A stretch of 64,000 nt of DNA from IMG/VR virus record IMGVR_UViG_3300027749_000044. One strand, 5' to 3'. The notes under the pieces are model-generated. The model worked only from the letters and a program-made list of their open reading frames with translations, was not told where the DNA came from and ran no database searches. The DNA comes from a virus. The position numbers and the translations under genes are program-made. Shown in pieces: positions 49,674-59,373 of the stretch (position 1 is its first letter; each line of letters opens with the position of its first letter).

Positions 49674-50198
49674 ATGTCAGCATTAACAGAAACACCAACA
49701 GATAAAAATTTTCTATCACCATTAGGTTTCAAATTTGAAATCCAAAGGTTAACGCATTTTAATTATTTTATTCAATCTGTCGATTTTCCAAGTATGAATA
49801 TTGGTGATTCTGGATATTCAACTCCATTTAGCAAATTATCTATTGCCGGAGACCATGCCAAATTCCAAGATTTAACTGTGACGTTTAAAGTTGGAGAAGA
49901 TATGTATTCGTATACTGAAATTTATGATTGGATGACAGGGTTAGGAAAACCTGAATCTTTCGATCAATATAAATCATTAGAAAGTGGGTTGCCTGGATCA
50001 GGTAAAGAACTATATTCGGATGCAACTTTGATTTTTCTCAATGGAACTATGAATCCAAATGTCATTTTTACATTTTATGATGTGTATCCAAAAGCCCTTT
50101 CTGGATTCAATTTGGATTCTAGAAACACAGACGTGAATTATGTTACAGCAACAGCAACCTTTAATTATAGAGAATTTGTTTATAGCAGGACGGTTTAA
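49674..50198 (+). CDS. gp3: Tail completion protein gp3
   Basis: NFLSPLGFKF, YSDATL, FYDVYP..LS, ATATFNY. Confidence 0.88.
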   Translation: MSALTETPTDKNFLSPLGFKFEIQRLTHFNYFIQSVDFPSMNIGDSGYSTPFSKLSIAGDHAKFQDLTVTFKVGEDMYSYTEIYDWMTGLGKPESFDQYKSLESGLPGSGKELYSDATLIFLNGTMNPNVIFTFYDVYPKALSGFNLDSRNTDVNYVTATATFNYREFVYSRTV

Positions 50199-50632
50199 TG
50201 AATATTGATCAAATTTTTGCATTATGGAATGAAGATTCGGAAATAAATGTTTTGGATGTAGGGCAAGAAGCTCTGAATATACCAAAATTGCACAATAAAT
50301 ATATTCAAATATACACAAAAGAAAAACTTCTTCTTCTCAAGTTAGAAAAAGAATATTCAAAATTACACAAAAATTTATATGAATATTACTCGGGCACTTT
50401 AGATGATGTTACTCGAAAGGAACTTGAATTGGTTCCTAATCCCAGAATTGTATTAAAATCTGACATTCCCATGTATATGGAATCAGATGATAAAATCATT
50501 GACATATCCTTGAGGATTGGCGTACAAAAAGAAAAATTGCAACTTTTAGATTCAATATTACGAAACATAGGAAATCGAGGGTTTCAAATCAAATCATATA
50601 TTGATTATCAGAAATTTATAAACGGAGCCTAA
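50198..50632 (+). CDS. uvsY: Recombination mediator UvsY
   Basis: IPKLHNKY, YYSG, RGFQIKSYID. Confidence 0.9.
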   Translation: MNIDQIFALWNEDSEINVLDVGQEALNIPKLHNKYIQIYTKEKLLLLKLEKEYSKLHKNLYEYYSGTLDDVTRKELELVPNPRIVLKSDIPMYMESDDKIIDISLRIGVQKEKLQLLDSILRNIGNRGFQIKSYIDYQKFINGA

Positions 50633-52108
50633 ATGGCCGATATTGTAATTGAAAAAATTAATGAAGTATTTGTAAAAGTACGATGTGATTTAGGCATAGG
50701 ACACGAATTGCAAGAATGTTTTACATTTATGGTTCCAGGTGCCCAATTTAGTCCTAAGGTAAAAAATAAAGTTTGGGATGGAAAAATTCGACTGTACAAT
50801 CTAATGACTAAAAATATATACATTGGTTTGGTTCCAGATATTGTAGACTGGGCCAATAAAAATGGATATACAGTAGACATTAATTATGACGTAGGAGCAA
50901 AAAATTTATCCATAAAAGAAGCCAGCGAATTTATTCGATGGTTAAAAACGGGTATGATTCCTCATGAACACCAAATGAAAGCTTTTGTTCATTGTGTTCG
51001 AAATGGGCGTGCAGTAATTTTATCTCCTACCTCAAGTGGAAAAAGCTTTATCATTTATACACTTTCGCGGTATCTAAACAAAAAAACTCTTGTCATTGTT
51101 CCTAGAATTGGCTTAGTCAAACAGATGACGAAAGATATTGCTGATTACGGCTACAAAAAAGACGTACATATGATTATGGAAGGATCAGAAAAAGATACTG
51201 ATAGTTTAATAACCATTTCTACATGGCAATCCATTCAAAACATGAAAAAATCATGGTTTAAACAATTCGAAACTGTCATCATTGACGAAGTGCATATGGC
51301 CAAATCAAAGGCGTTTGTTAAAATTTTGGAAAATTGTGATTCTTGTGCCAATCGGTTTGGATTCACAGGAACTTTAGATGATATTGATGTACATGAATTG
51401 GTGATCAAAGGTTTGATTGGACCCATCAAACAATTCGTAACAACTTCCCAGTTGATGGAAAAAGGAATAGTATCAAAACTAAATATCAAAGCTTTGATAT
51501 TACAATATCCTGAATTATTGAGAAAAGAAAAAAAAGCATTCAAAGAAGCAAAAAAAGAAAATTCTCCAGTTTTAGGGTATAAAGATGAAATTGAATTCAT
51601 TGTTACTAACAAAGAACGCAACAAATTCATCCGAAACCTGGCGCTATCTCTCGACAAAAATACTCTTATCTTGTACCAGTTTGTGGACAAACAGGGAAAA
51701 GTATTGTATGATGATATTGTAAGTAAATCAAATGGAAGACCTGTATATTTTGTTGATGGATCAGTTAGTGCCGACATACGCGAAGAAATACGAACAAAAG
51801 TCGAAACCGACAAAAATTGTATTATTGTAGCTAGTTATGGGACATTCTCTACAGGAACTAGTATAAATAATCTACACAATATCATATTTGCATCTCCGAG
51901 CAAATCAAAGATAAGAGCCTTACAATCAATTGGCCGTGGACTAAGATTACATGGAGAAAACAAACAAGCAACTCTATACGATATCTCAGACGATTTGTCA
52001 TGTAGATCCAAAAAAAATCATACGTTGGATCATCTAGAAAAAAGATTGATGATATACAGTAAAGAAAATTTTGATTATAAACTCTATAGGATTAAATTAT
52101 ATGACTGA
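50633..52108 (+). CDS. uvsW: UvsW helicase
   Basis: WDGKIRL, SPTSSGKS, DEVH, GFTGTL, QSIGRGLR. Confidence 0.95.
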   Translation: MADIVIEKINEVFVKVRCDLGIGHELQECFTFMVPGAQFSPKVKNKVWDGKIRLYNLMTKNIYIGLVPDIVDWANKNGYTVDINYDVGAKNLSIKEASEFIRWLKTGMIPHEHQMKAFVHCVRNGRAVILSPTSSGKSFIIYTLSRYLNKKTLVIVPRIGLVKQMTKDIADYGYKKDVHMIMEGSEKDTDSLITISTWQSIQNMKKSWFKQFETVIIDEVHMAKSKAFVKILENCDSCANRFGFTGTLDDIDVHELVIKGLIGPIKQFVTTSQLMEKGIVSKLNIKALILQYPELLRKEKKAFKEAKKENSPVLGYKDEIEFIVTNKERNKFIRNLALSLDKNTLILYQFVDKQGKVLYDDIVSKSNGRPVYFVDGSVSADIREEIRTKVETDKNCIIVASYGTFSTGTSINNLHNIIFASPSKSKIRALQSIGRGLRLHGENKQATLYDISDDLSCRSKKNHTLDHLEKRLMIYSKENFDYKLYRIKLYD

Positions 52109-52460
52109 AGAAACTTATCTAATCATTAGAACCATTGGCGGAAATATTATTGGAACGAGAGTACTTAGCGAATACAATGATTCTGAAATTGTATTGAAAA
52201 ATGTTATGGATATTATCCAAGAAGAAGACGGCGGAGCTATCTTCTATTCAATGGTACCACATTTTATTCTCTACGAGAATGAGTCCGTTACTTTTAATTC
52301 AAGATATATTTTAGAACAAAGTAAGCCAACTGAAAATTTGATCAAAATCTATCAAAAGTCATTTGACAAATACATGTTAAATTTCAAGGAAAATAACCGT
52401 GAAACCACTAGAGATGAAATCTCAGAAGGATTAAAATTCGACAAAGGTCGGCTTAACTAG
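52101..52460 (+). CDS. Conserved hypothetical protein between uvsW and gp55
   Basis: ATG 52101 after AGGA; conserved synteny position. Confidence 0.6.
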   Translation: MTEETYLIIRTIGGNIIGTRVLSEYNDSEIVLKNVMDIIQEEDGGAIFYSMVPHFILYENESVTFNSRYILEQSKPTENLIKIYQKSFDKYMLNFKENNRETTRDEISEGLKFDKGRLN

Positions 52461-52497
52461 GTCCAATTAATATCCAATAATTTCAAAACAACACCTG

Positions 52498-52528
52498 ATT
52501 ATAACAATATCCTCCGGGGTTGGCAACC
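52498..52528 (-). promoter_or_regulatory. Sigma70-type promoter pointing antisense into the late region
   Basis: GG-TTGCCA-N17-TATAAT with TG extended -10 on the minus strand. Confidence 0.7.
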
Positions 52529-52559
52529 AAAATCCGCCATGAAATTAAATTATTTTTGT

Positions 52560-52589
52560 GGTTGCCAACCTCCTAGGATTTGATACATT
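52560..52589 (+). promoter_or_regulatory. Early/middle promoter for gp55
   Basis: GG-TTGCCA-N16-TACATT with TG extension. Confidence 0.7.
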
Positions 52590-52618
52590 AGGATCAACAA
52601 TAACAATAAGGTATTACC

Positions 52619-53191
52619 ATGGCCGAAAAAACCAAACCAATCCATTACGTTGACAACAAAAAATTCTTCCAGGCAATGGTGGCATACCTCGACAAATGTA
52701 AACTTGCAACTGAAGCCGAACAAGAATTACCAAAAATTCCAGATTATATTGGCGACTGTATTTACAAAATTGCCGAAGGACTATCATACAAAAAGAATTT
52801 TATAAATTATTCTTTTCGAGAAGAATTGGTAGGAGATGGAATTGAAAGTTGCATTAAATATTTGAGAAGTTATAATCCAGAAAAAACAAATAATCCTTTC
52901 TCATATTTCACGCAAATTTGTTTTAATGCCTATATACATCGCATTGGCAAAGAAAAAAAAGAACAATATACAAAATATAAAATGATGGAAAAACATTTTA
53001 CTTTTGATATGAATTCTGAAGACTATCAACATTTAAGGGATAGTGGGCATAATTTCGAGGCCGGGGATAATATTATTACCTCGTTCGAGGCAAATTTAGA
53101 AAAGAAAAAAGCAGAAAGTAAGGCCAAACAAGGCCTCGAAAAATTTATTTTGGAGACAGAAGATGAGAGAGACACTACCTCCAATCCTTAG
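52619..53191 (+). CDS. gp55: Late-transcription sigma factor
   Basis: HYVDNKKF, NFINYSFREE, NPFSYFTQI, RIGKEKK. Confidence 0.93.
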   Translation: MAEKTKPIHYVDNKKFFQAMVAYLDKCKLATEAEQELPKIPDYIGDCIYKIAEGLSYKKNFINYSFREELVGDGIESCIKYLRSYNPEKTNNPFSYFTQICFNAYIHRIGKEKKEQYTKYKMMEKHFTFDMNSEDYQHLRDSGHNFEAGDNIITSFEANLEKKKAESKAKQGLEKFILETEDERDTTSNP

Positions 53192-53321
53192 AGATTGGAT
53201 CACCCAGTTTGAAAATGAAAAAAATCCAAAGATCAAATACAATTTCTATAGGCAACTGTTGAACTGTCAACAAGAAATTGAAAAAGTCACGAAGAATTAT
53301 AATGAAAGTGTCAAGGTATAA
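53163..53321 (+). CDS. Small hypothetical protein (52 aa)
   Basis: MRETLPPILRDWITQF...; GGAG RBS; fills the gp55-gp47 gap. Confidence 0.5.
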   Translation: MRETLPPILRDWITQFENEKNPKIKYNFYRQLLNCQQEIEKVTKNYNESVKV

Positions 53322-53324
53322 TTA

Positions 53325-54386
53325 ATGGTTAAGGTAGCAATCCTCGGTGATACTCATTTCGGTGTAAGAAATGACAACCTAAAGTTTCATGATTTCTACC
53401 GCAAATTTTATACCAATGTTTTCTTTCCTTATTTGAGAGAAAATGACATTGGAGATATTATTCAACTCGGTGATTTGTTTGACCGACGTAAGTATATTAA
53501 TTTCAATACTTTATATTTGTCGCGTCAATATTTCTTTGATGTGATAGAAAATGAAGATTTTCAATTATATGCTTTTCCTGGAAACCACGACATTTTACAC
53601 AAAAATACATTAGAAGTAAATGCACTTGATTTATTGCTAGGTGAATATAAAAACACAAAAGTAATATCAACGCCAAGTAATTTACTTTATGGAAACACAG
53701 AAATTGCTTTGGTGCCTTGGATCTGTGATGATAATGAAGATGATGCTCTCAGTTTCTTACATAATACCACAGCCAAAATTTGCATGGGACATTTCGAAAT
53801 ACAAGGGTTCGAAATGCACAAAGGTCATGTATGTGAAACGGGGTTTCCAAGAAATGCATTTTCAAAATTTGATTTAACGCTTTCTGGGCATTATCATACT
53901 CGTTCAGAAAAAGAAAATATTACTTACGTCGGTACACCTTATGAAATGACATGGAGTGATTATGGAGACCAAAAAGGATTTCATATTCTTGACACAGAAA
54001 CTTTGGACTTGACATTCGTAAAAAATCCATATAGAATGTTCAATAAGGTACATTATGACGACACAACAAAAGACTTAAAAGAAATTTTGAATAAAGATTT
54101 TGATTCGTTAGACGGAACTTATGTTAAAGTTATTGTGTCAGGAAAAACCAATCCCTATTGGTTTGATTTATTCGTCGATGCCATTGAAAAATCTTCTCCG
54201 GCGCATATCCAAATAGTAGATGACAATCTTAAATTGGATACGGAAAATGATGATCATATAATTGACGAAGCAGAAGATACAGTTACTATTTTATCAAAAT
54301 ATATTGATAATTTGGAAGCAGATGTTAACAAACCACAATTAACAAATTTGATTAGAACACTTTATAATGAGGCAATTAATTTATGA
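53325..54386 (+). CDS. gp47: Recombination endonuclease subunit (Mre11/SbcD-like)
   Basis: GDTHFG, LGDLFDRR, GNHD, SGHYH. Confidence 0.95.
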   Translation: MVKVAILGDTHFGVRNDNLKFHDFYRKFYTNVFFPYLRENDIGDIIQLGDLFDRRKYINFNTLYLSRQYFFDVIENEDFQLYAFPGNHDILHKNTLEVNALDLLLGEYKNTKVISTPSNLLYGNTEIALVPWICDDNEDDALSFLHNTTAKICMGHFEIQGFEMHKGHVCETGFPRNAFSKFDLTLSGHYHTRSEKENITYVGTPYEMTWSDYGDQKGFHILDTETLDLTFVKNPYRMFNKVHYDDTTKDLKEILNKDFDSLDGTYVKVIVSGKTNPYWFDLFVDAIEKSSPAHIQIVDDNLKLDTENDDHIIDEAEDTVTILSKYIDNLEADVNKPQLTNLIRTLYNEAINL

Positions 54387-54481
54387 AAAATGAAAATATC
54401 GTTGATAGAGCCAGCAAAGGCCTCCCGCCTTTATATCTATAGTTTAAATTTATTTGTTTTTGTCAAGTTGGAGTATACTTT

Positions 54482-56194
54482 TTGCTTAATTTTCGAACTG
54501 TTCGATACCGGAACATACTTAGTACCGGAAACGCATTTATTGAAATTAATATGGACGAAGCCAGGTCTACGCTTTGCCATGGGGTAAATGGTGCCGGGAA
54601 AAGCACATTCATCGAAGCAATTTCATTTGCATTGTACGGTAAGTCATTCAGAAAAACAAATAAACCACAATTGGTAAATTCTATCAATAAAAAAGACATG
54701 TTGGTCGAAATAGAATTTGTTGCAAATAACCGTGAATATATGATTCGACGCGGCATGAAGCCAAACATTTTTGAAATTTTTGAAAATGGAAAATTACTGA
54801 ATCAAGAATCTGCAACAAAAGACTATCAGGAAATTCTCGAAAAATCTATTTTGAAAATGAACCACAAATCATTTTCACAAATTGTTGTTTTGGGTTCTGC
54901 TAATTATACTCCATTCATGCAATTGTCAGCCTCCGCGCGGAGAGATTTGATTGAAGATTTGTTGGATATCCAAGTATTCTCGACAATGAATATTTTATTG
55001 AAAGATAAAATTTCGGCGGCAAAAGAAGATTTGACAACCGTCAGATATAACATTGACATAACCAAAGAAAAAATTGAATTACAAAAAGAATATATCAGAA
55101 AAATTCGACAGAATGCAAAAACTGTCATCAAAGAAAAAAAAGCAAAAATTAAAGAAAATAATTTATTGGTGAATGCATATACAGATAAAATTTCGGAAAT
55201 TTTGATCGAAATTGAAAAATGTAATCGTGCAATTGCTGATAGCGATGAGACCTTGAAGAAAAAATCGACCATGGTCGATATGCAAAGACAAATACAATCA
55301 AAAATAGCGAAAATCATTAAAGAAATTTCATTTTACGATGAAAATAAAACTTGCCCTATGTGCAAACAAGGAATAGATCATGATTTTCATTCTGACATAC
55401 AAGATGAAAATAGAAAAAAAGAAAATGAATTTCGGTCGGCGGCAACATTGATTTCTAAAAAAATCTTGGAAATTGACAAAAAAATAGATGTAATACATGG
55501 GGTCAATAACGAAATCCAAGGATGGAACCTAAAAATTGCAGGTTATAACCAAAGCATTTCAGGAGTAAACAAATATACGTCTGAACTACAAAAAGAAATT
55601 TTAGAATTGCAAAACAAAGAAGAATTTGACGATAATGAATTGCAAAAATTGGAAGAATTGACCGAGACATTGACTAAATATGAGAGCCAGAAAGAAGAAA
55701 TCTTGGCCCATAAAGCCACATTAGATGTCGCATCCATGATCTTAAAGGATGGCGGAATCAAATCAAAAATCATCAAACAATATATTCCAGTAATCAATAA
55801 ATTGATTAACAAATATCTGGCACAAATGGAATTTGTTGTAGATTTTAATTTGGATGAAAATTTCAACGAAACTATTAAATCTAGATACAGAGACGAATTT
55901 AGTTATGCAAGTTTTTCTGAAGGCGAAAAGGCCAGAATTGACGTTGCTCTGCTATTCACTTGGAGAGCAATCTCCAAATTGAGAAATAGTAATAATACAA
56001 ACATTCTTGTATTGGACGAAATTGGCGACAGTTCATTGGATTCTTCTGGTGCAGAAGAGTTTATCAAAATCTTGCAAGACTTGGCAGGTGACACAAATAT
56101 TTTCATGATTAGTCACCGAGCAGGAGATATACAGGATAAATTTGACCGAACAATTGAGTTTGTAAAAGACAAAAATTTCACACGATTAGTATAA
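54482..56194 (+). CDS. gp46: Recombination ATPase subunit (Rad50/SbcC-like), TTG start
   Basis: GVNGAGKS, CPMC zinc hook, FSEGEK signature, LDE, ISH. Confidence 0.95.
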   Translation: MLNFRTVRYRNILSTGNAFIEINMDEARSTLCHGVNGAGKSTFIEAISFALYGKSFRKTNKPQLVNSINKKDMLVEIEFVANNREYMIRRGMKPNIFEIFENGKLLNQESATKDYQEILEKSILKMNHKSFSQIVVLGSANYTPFMQLSASARRDLIEDLLDIQVFSTMNILLKDKISAAKEDLTTVRYNIDITKEKIELQKEYIRKIRQNAKTVIKEKKAKIKENNLLVNAYTDKISEILIEIEKCNRAIADSDETLKKKSTMVDMQRQIQSKIAKIIKEISFYDENKTCPMCKQGIDHDFHSDIQDENRKKENEFRSAATLISKKILEIDKKIDVIHGVNNEIQGWNLKIAGYNQSISGVNKYTSELQKEILELQNKEEFDDNELQKLEELTETLTKYESQKEEILAHKATLDVASMILKDGGIKSKIIKQYIPVINKLINKYLAQMEFVVDFNLDENFNETIKSRYRDEFSYASFSEGEKARIDVALLFTWRAISKLRNSNNTNILVLDEIGDSSLDSSGAEEFIKILQDLAGDTNIFMISHRAGDIQDKFDRTIEFVKDKNFTRLV

Positions 56195-56206
56195 TAGGAA
56201 ATAATA

Positions 56207-56797
56207 ATGGAAAATAAAATAAATTCGGTGTCAGGATTTCTTGGCGAAATCTTAGACAAAACACAATTAAATTTTTCGCCTCCTTTAACCATTAGAGATT
56301 ATAACGATCCTATCCTTAAACAAAAATGTGAAAATTTTAATTTTAAAGAGCCACAAGTTGATATTGTTAAATTTTCTACTGACCTCGTAGAAACAATGTA
56401 TAAGAAAAATGGAATTGGTCTTGCTGCAAATCAAGTTGGTGTGCCGTTACGTATTTTTGCTATGCACGCCGATCCTGCTCTAGTTGTTATTAATCCTAAA
56501 ATCATTGAAGTGTCGGATGAGGTTGTTTTGTTAGAAGAAGGTTGCCTTTCGTACCCAGGCCTGTATGTTAAAGTAAAGCGGCCATTGTGGATTAAAGCTA
56601 GATTTTCATATCCTAATGGTCAGGCAAAAACCTTCAGATTTGAAGGCATGACTGCCCGAGTATTTCAACATGAATTCGCCCATCTTGAAGGATTGAACAT
56701 GTTGGATTTTACAAATAAATTTTACAAAGACAAGGCAATGAAAGTATTGTCTGCCAGAGAAAAAGCATTGAAACAAATTGAAAAGGTGATCGCATAA
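56207..56797 (+). CDS. def: Peptide deformylase
   Basis: GIGLAANQVG, EGCLS, QHEFAHL. Confidence 0.93.
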   Translation: MENKINSVSGFLGEILDKTQLNFSPPLTIRDYNDPILKQKCENFNFKEPQVDIVKFSTDLVETMYKKNGIGLAANQVGVPLRIFAMHADPALVVINPKIIEVSDEVVLLEEGCLSYPGLYVKVKRPLWIKARFSYPNGQAKTFRFEGMTARVFQHEFAHLEGLNMLDFTNKFYKDKAMKVLSAREKALKQIEKVIA

Positions 56798-57126
56798 TGA
56801 AGAAAACACATGAGCCTTGGGAAATCGACTATAAATATAGTGAAAATTTAATTATGGAAGATTTACAACAACATCTTGACTCCACATACAGTCAACATTA
56901 CATTGCTGACGACAACATCCAATGTTTCGATGCATGGATTGCCATGGGTGATTCCACACCTACTTTCCGCAACACTGCAATGAAATATCTTTGGAGATAT
57001 GGCAAAAAGAACGGCAACAATAAAGCCGATCTAATGAAAGCACTTCATTATATTATTCTATGTTTGCATGTCGACCATTATAGAGATGCGTCATATGAAT
57101 GTGAAGATGGAGTTTGTTCTATATAA
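56797..57126 (+). CDS. DUF3310-like (putative nucleotide kinase-like) protein
   Basis: YSQHY..IQCFD..MKYLWRYGKKNG..DLMKALHY. Confidence 0.75.
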   Translation: MKKTHEPWEIDYKYSENLIMEDLQQHLDSTYSQHYIADDNIQCFDAWIAMGDSTPTFRNTAMKYLWRYGKKNGNNKADLMKALHYIILCLHVDHYRDASYECEDGVCSI

Positions 57127-57148
57127 ATAATTATTTCCGGAGAAACTC

Positions 57149-57511
57149 ATGTTGTCTTATTCTTTATTCTGCGAACGTTCACAAACAAACAGTCCAGTAT
57201 TCAAAAGACTTAAGTCACACGATAAATCTTTCCATACAGTCCGACAACACGGCGACGGATATACCAGTAGCACCGCTGATCCTAGATCAGGTGTACTACA
57301 TCATGGACGAGATGATGGACAACATGAAATAGGACACGTAGCCCACAATAATGAACTTATAGGTAATGTAATTCCTGTGCGAAATGAATCTGGAGGTCTA
57401 GAAGGCGCAATTCCTGTTACACATGGCAAAGAAGTCGGTGAAATGATACCAGGAAAAAATGCCGTCATGGATGCAGTCGATCATGTAATTAAAACGCATA
57501 AAGGTGGGTAA
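57149..57511 (+). CDS. Putative internal head protein (late)
   Basis: TATAAATA at 57122; N-terminus MLSYSLFCE resembles the T4 capsid-targeting leader MKTYQEFIAE; His-rich. Confidence 0.55.
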   Translation: MLSYSLFCERSQTNSPVFKRLKSHDKSFHTVRQHGDGYTSSTADPRSGVLHHGRDDGQHEIGHVAHNNELIGNVIPVRNESGGLEGAIPVTHGKEVGEMIPGKNAVMDAVDHVIKTHKGG

Positions 57512-57726
57512 TGTCATACACAACTAAAGAAGAAAACCATGGAGTTGTTACTGTACATCATGAAGGCGAAAAGGTCGGCGTAGTTGTTCCGGAAAGACAT
57601 CCAAAAACAGGAGACGTCCGGGCACATTGCGCCATACATCAATCCGGTGATTGTTATCCTAAAATACCAGAAAAAGAAACTGCAATTAACGCTGTGATTG
57701 CAATGGATAAAAAACACAGGACATAA
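57511..57726 (+). CDS. Hypothetical late protein, paralog of the C-terminal half of 57149..57511
   Basis: VHHEGEKVGVVVPERH versus VAHNNELIGNVIPVRN; TAATG coupling. Confidence 0.55.
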   Translation: MSYTTKEENHGVVTVHHEGEKVGVVVPERHPKTGDVRAHCAIHQSGDCYPKIPEKETAINAVIAMDKKHRT

Positions 57727-57762
57727 ATACAATAGGCTATAAAATATTTTAAGGAAAAACTC

Positions 57763-58452
57763 ATGACCGACAGATTTCTAAGATTCACTGCAAACAGATT
57801 AAATACACAAAATATTAGTGAAATGTTTGGTAGGTCAAGAAAAGAAGATGACACTCTGTCGGAAGGTCCTTTTTCTCAAGGTAGCGTAAAGCCCACCCAA
57901 AAAATGAAAGATGAAATGGATCGTATTTCATCTACTATGCATGGCGTCGATGAAAAAGGTTCTTTTACTCAAAAGAAAGTAAATGGAAAATTGGGACCAA
58001 AAGTTTATGCCGAATCTGTAGTCAATGAAATGTTTGGTAAAAAGAAACAAACAGTTTCAGGGGAACAACATTTGCAAAATCTTTCGACCGATGCACATAA
58101 AATAAGCGGCGAAGCCGGTTGGTCTAGTGACGATGCATGGCATAGAAAGCCAATAGAAAGCCAAATTAATCCCCGAGCAAACCGAGAACACGTAAAAAAT
58201 ATAACAGCTGGTCTTTATCATCCTGAGGCAAAAAATTCAGATGCAGAAGATGTAAGAAGTAATCATCAAGTTGCACAAGAACATCATGAAATTGCTGGCG
58301 CCGCACATAGCGCCGCTGGTCAAGAAGCCCTCAAACAAGGTAATCATGATTTGGCAAAAGAACATTTCGAACATGCCAAACAACATGCAGTACACGCAAA
58401 AGCACACCAAGATGAATATGAAAGAGTAAACGGAACACATTACACCTGGTAA
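57763..58452 (+). CDS. Putative internal head protein, His/Ala-rich C-terminus
   Basis: CATAAATA at 57722; ISE, LSE, YAE and VNE putative gp21 sites; AHxxA repeats. Confidence 0.55.
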   Translation: MTDRFLRFTANRLNTQNISEMFGRSRKEDDTLSEGPFSQGSVKPTQKMKDEMDRISSTMHGVDEKGSFTQKKVNGKLGPKVYAESVVNEMFGKKKQTVSGEQHLQNLSTDAHKISGEAGWSSDDAWHRKPIESQINPRANREHVKNITAGLYHPEAKNSDAEDVRSNHQVAQEHHEIAGAAHSAAGQEALKQGNHDLAKEHFEHAKQHAVHAKAHQDEYERVNGTHYTW

Positions 58453-58505
58453 TTTATAAATCTGACTTGAATTAAACTTTTACTATAATATATAAAGGAA
58501 AAATA

Positions 58506-59357
58506 ATGGAAATTAATATTGAATTAGACGAACTACGTAAGCGTAAATTGTTTGTTGCGGCCCCCATGTATGGCGGCCAATGCGCAGGCATGTTTTGTCG
58601 ATCCACAAATGACTTGTCCGCAATGGCAGTTCATTACGGAATCGATTTGAGATTTTATTATCTATTCAATGAATCATTGATTACTCGTGCGCGTAATTAT
58701 TGTGTCGATGAATTTATGAGATCAGATTGTACTCATATGCTATTCATTGACTCTGACATTGGATTCGATGCCAAAGACGTAATGACTTTACTTGCATTAA
58801 TGGATGACGAAAGTCCATATGATGTACTTTGTGGTCCTTATCCTAAGAAGTGCATTTCTTGGGAAAAAATTAAACAAGCTGTTGACTTGGGTGTTGCCGA
58901 CGATGATTCAAATGTACTAGAACGATTTGTCGGCGATTACGTTTTCAATCCAGCCGGGGGTCAAACACAAATTAAAATTGATGAGCCGGTCGAAGTTATG
59001 GAATCTGGTACGGGATTCATGATGATTCGACGACAGACATTTGAGAAGTATGCAGAAGCATATCCTCAATATTGGTATCGTCCGGATCACGTCCGAACCG
59101 CCGCCTTTGATGGGTCTAGGGAGATCATGATGTATTTCCAAGCAGATATCGATCCTATTACGGATTCAAAGAGGTATCTTTCAGAAGACTATTGGTTCTG
59201 TCAATTATCACGGGCCGCCGGACTTAAAGTATGGCTATGTCCATGGATCCAACTCAGTCACGTCGGTTCTTATATTTTTGGTGGATCTCTCGCTGACATT
59301 GCGTCAATTGGGGCTTCGGCGACTGTAGACCAAGCTAAACTTGGATCAAAGAAGTAA
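58506..59357 (+). CDS. GT-A-fold glycosyltransferase-like protein
   Basis: AAPMYGG, NESLITRARN, THMLFIDSDI (DxD), GTGFMMI, LSEDYWFC, L.HVG. Confidence 0.75.
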   Translation: MEINIELDELRKRKLFVAAPMYGGQCAGMFCRSTNDLSAMAVHYGIDLRFYYLFNESLITRARNYCVDEFMRSDCTHMLFIDSDIGFDAKDVMTLLALMDDESPYDVLCGPYPKKCISWEKIKQAVDLGVADDDSNVLERFVGDYVFNPAGGQTQIKIDEPVEVMESGTGFMMIRRQTFEKYAEAYPQYWYRPDHVRTAAFDGSREIMMYFQADIDPITDSKRYLSEDYWFCQLSRAAGLKVWLCPWIQLSHVGSYIFGGSLADIASIGASATVDQAKLGSKK

Positions 59358-59373
59358 AAAAGGAAATTATATT

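Noticed and set aside
54390-54587. 65-aa ORF overlapping the gp46 start
   Set aside because: Out of frame over conserved gp46 sequence, with no motif support.
37558-56194. Introns or inteins in gp17, gp20, gp23, uvsW, gp46 or gp47
   Set aside because: Lengths and motif spacing are normal; no intein or intron signatures were seen.
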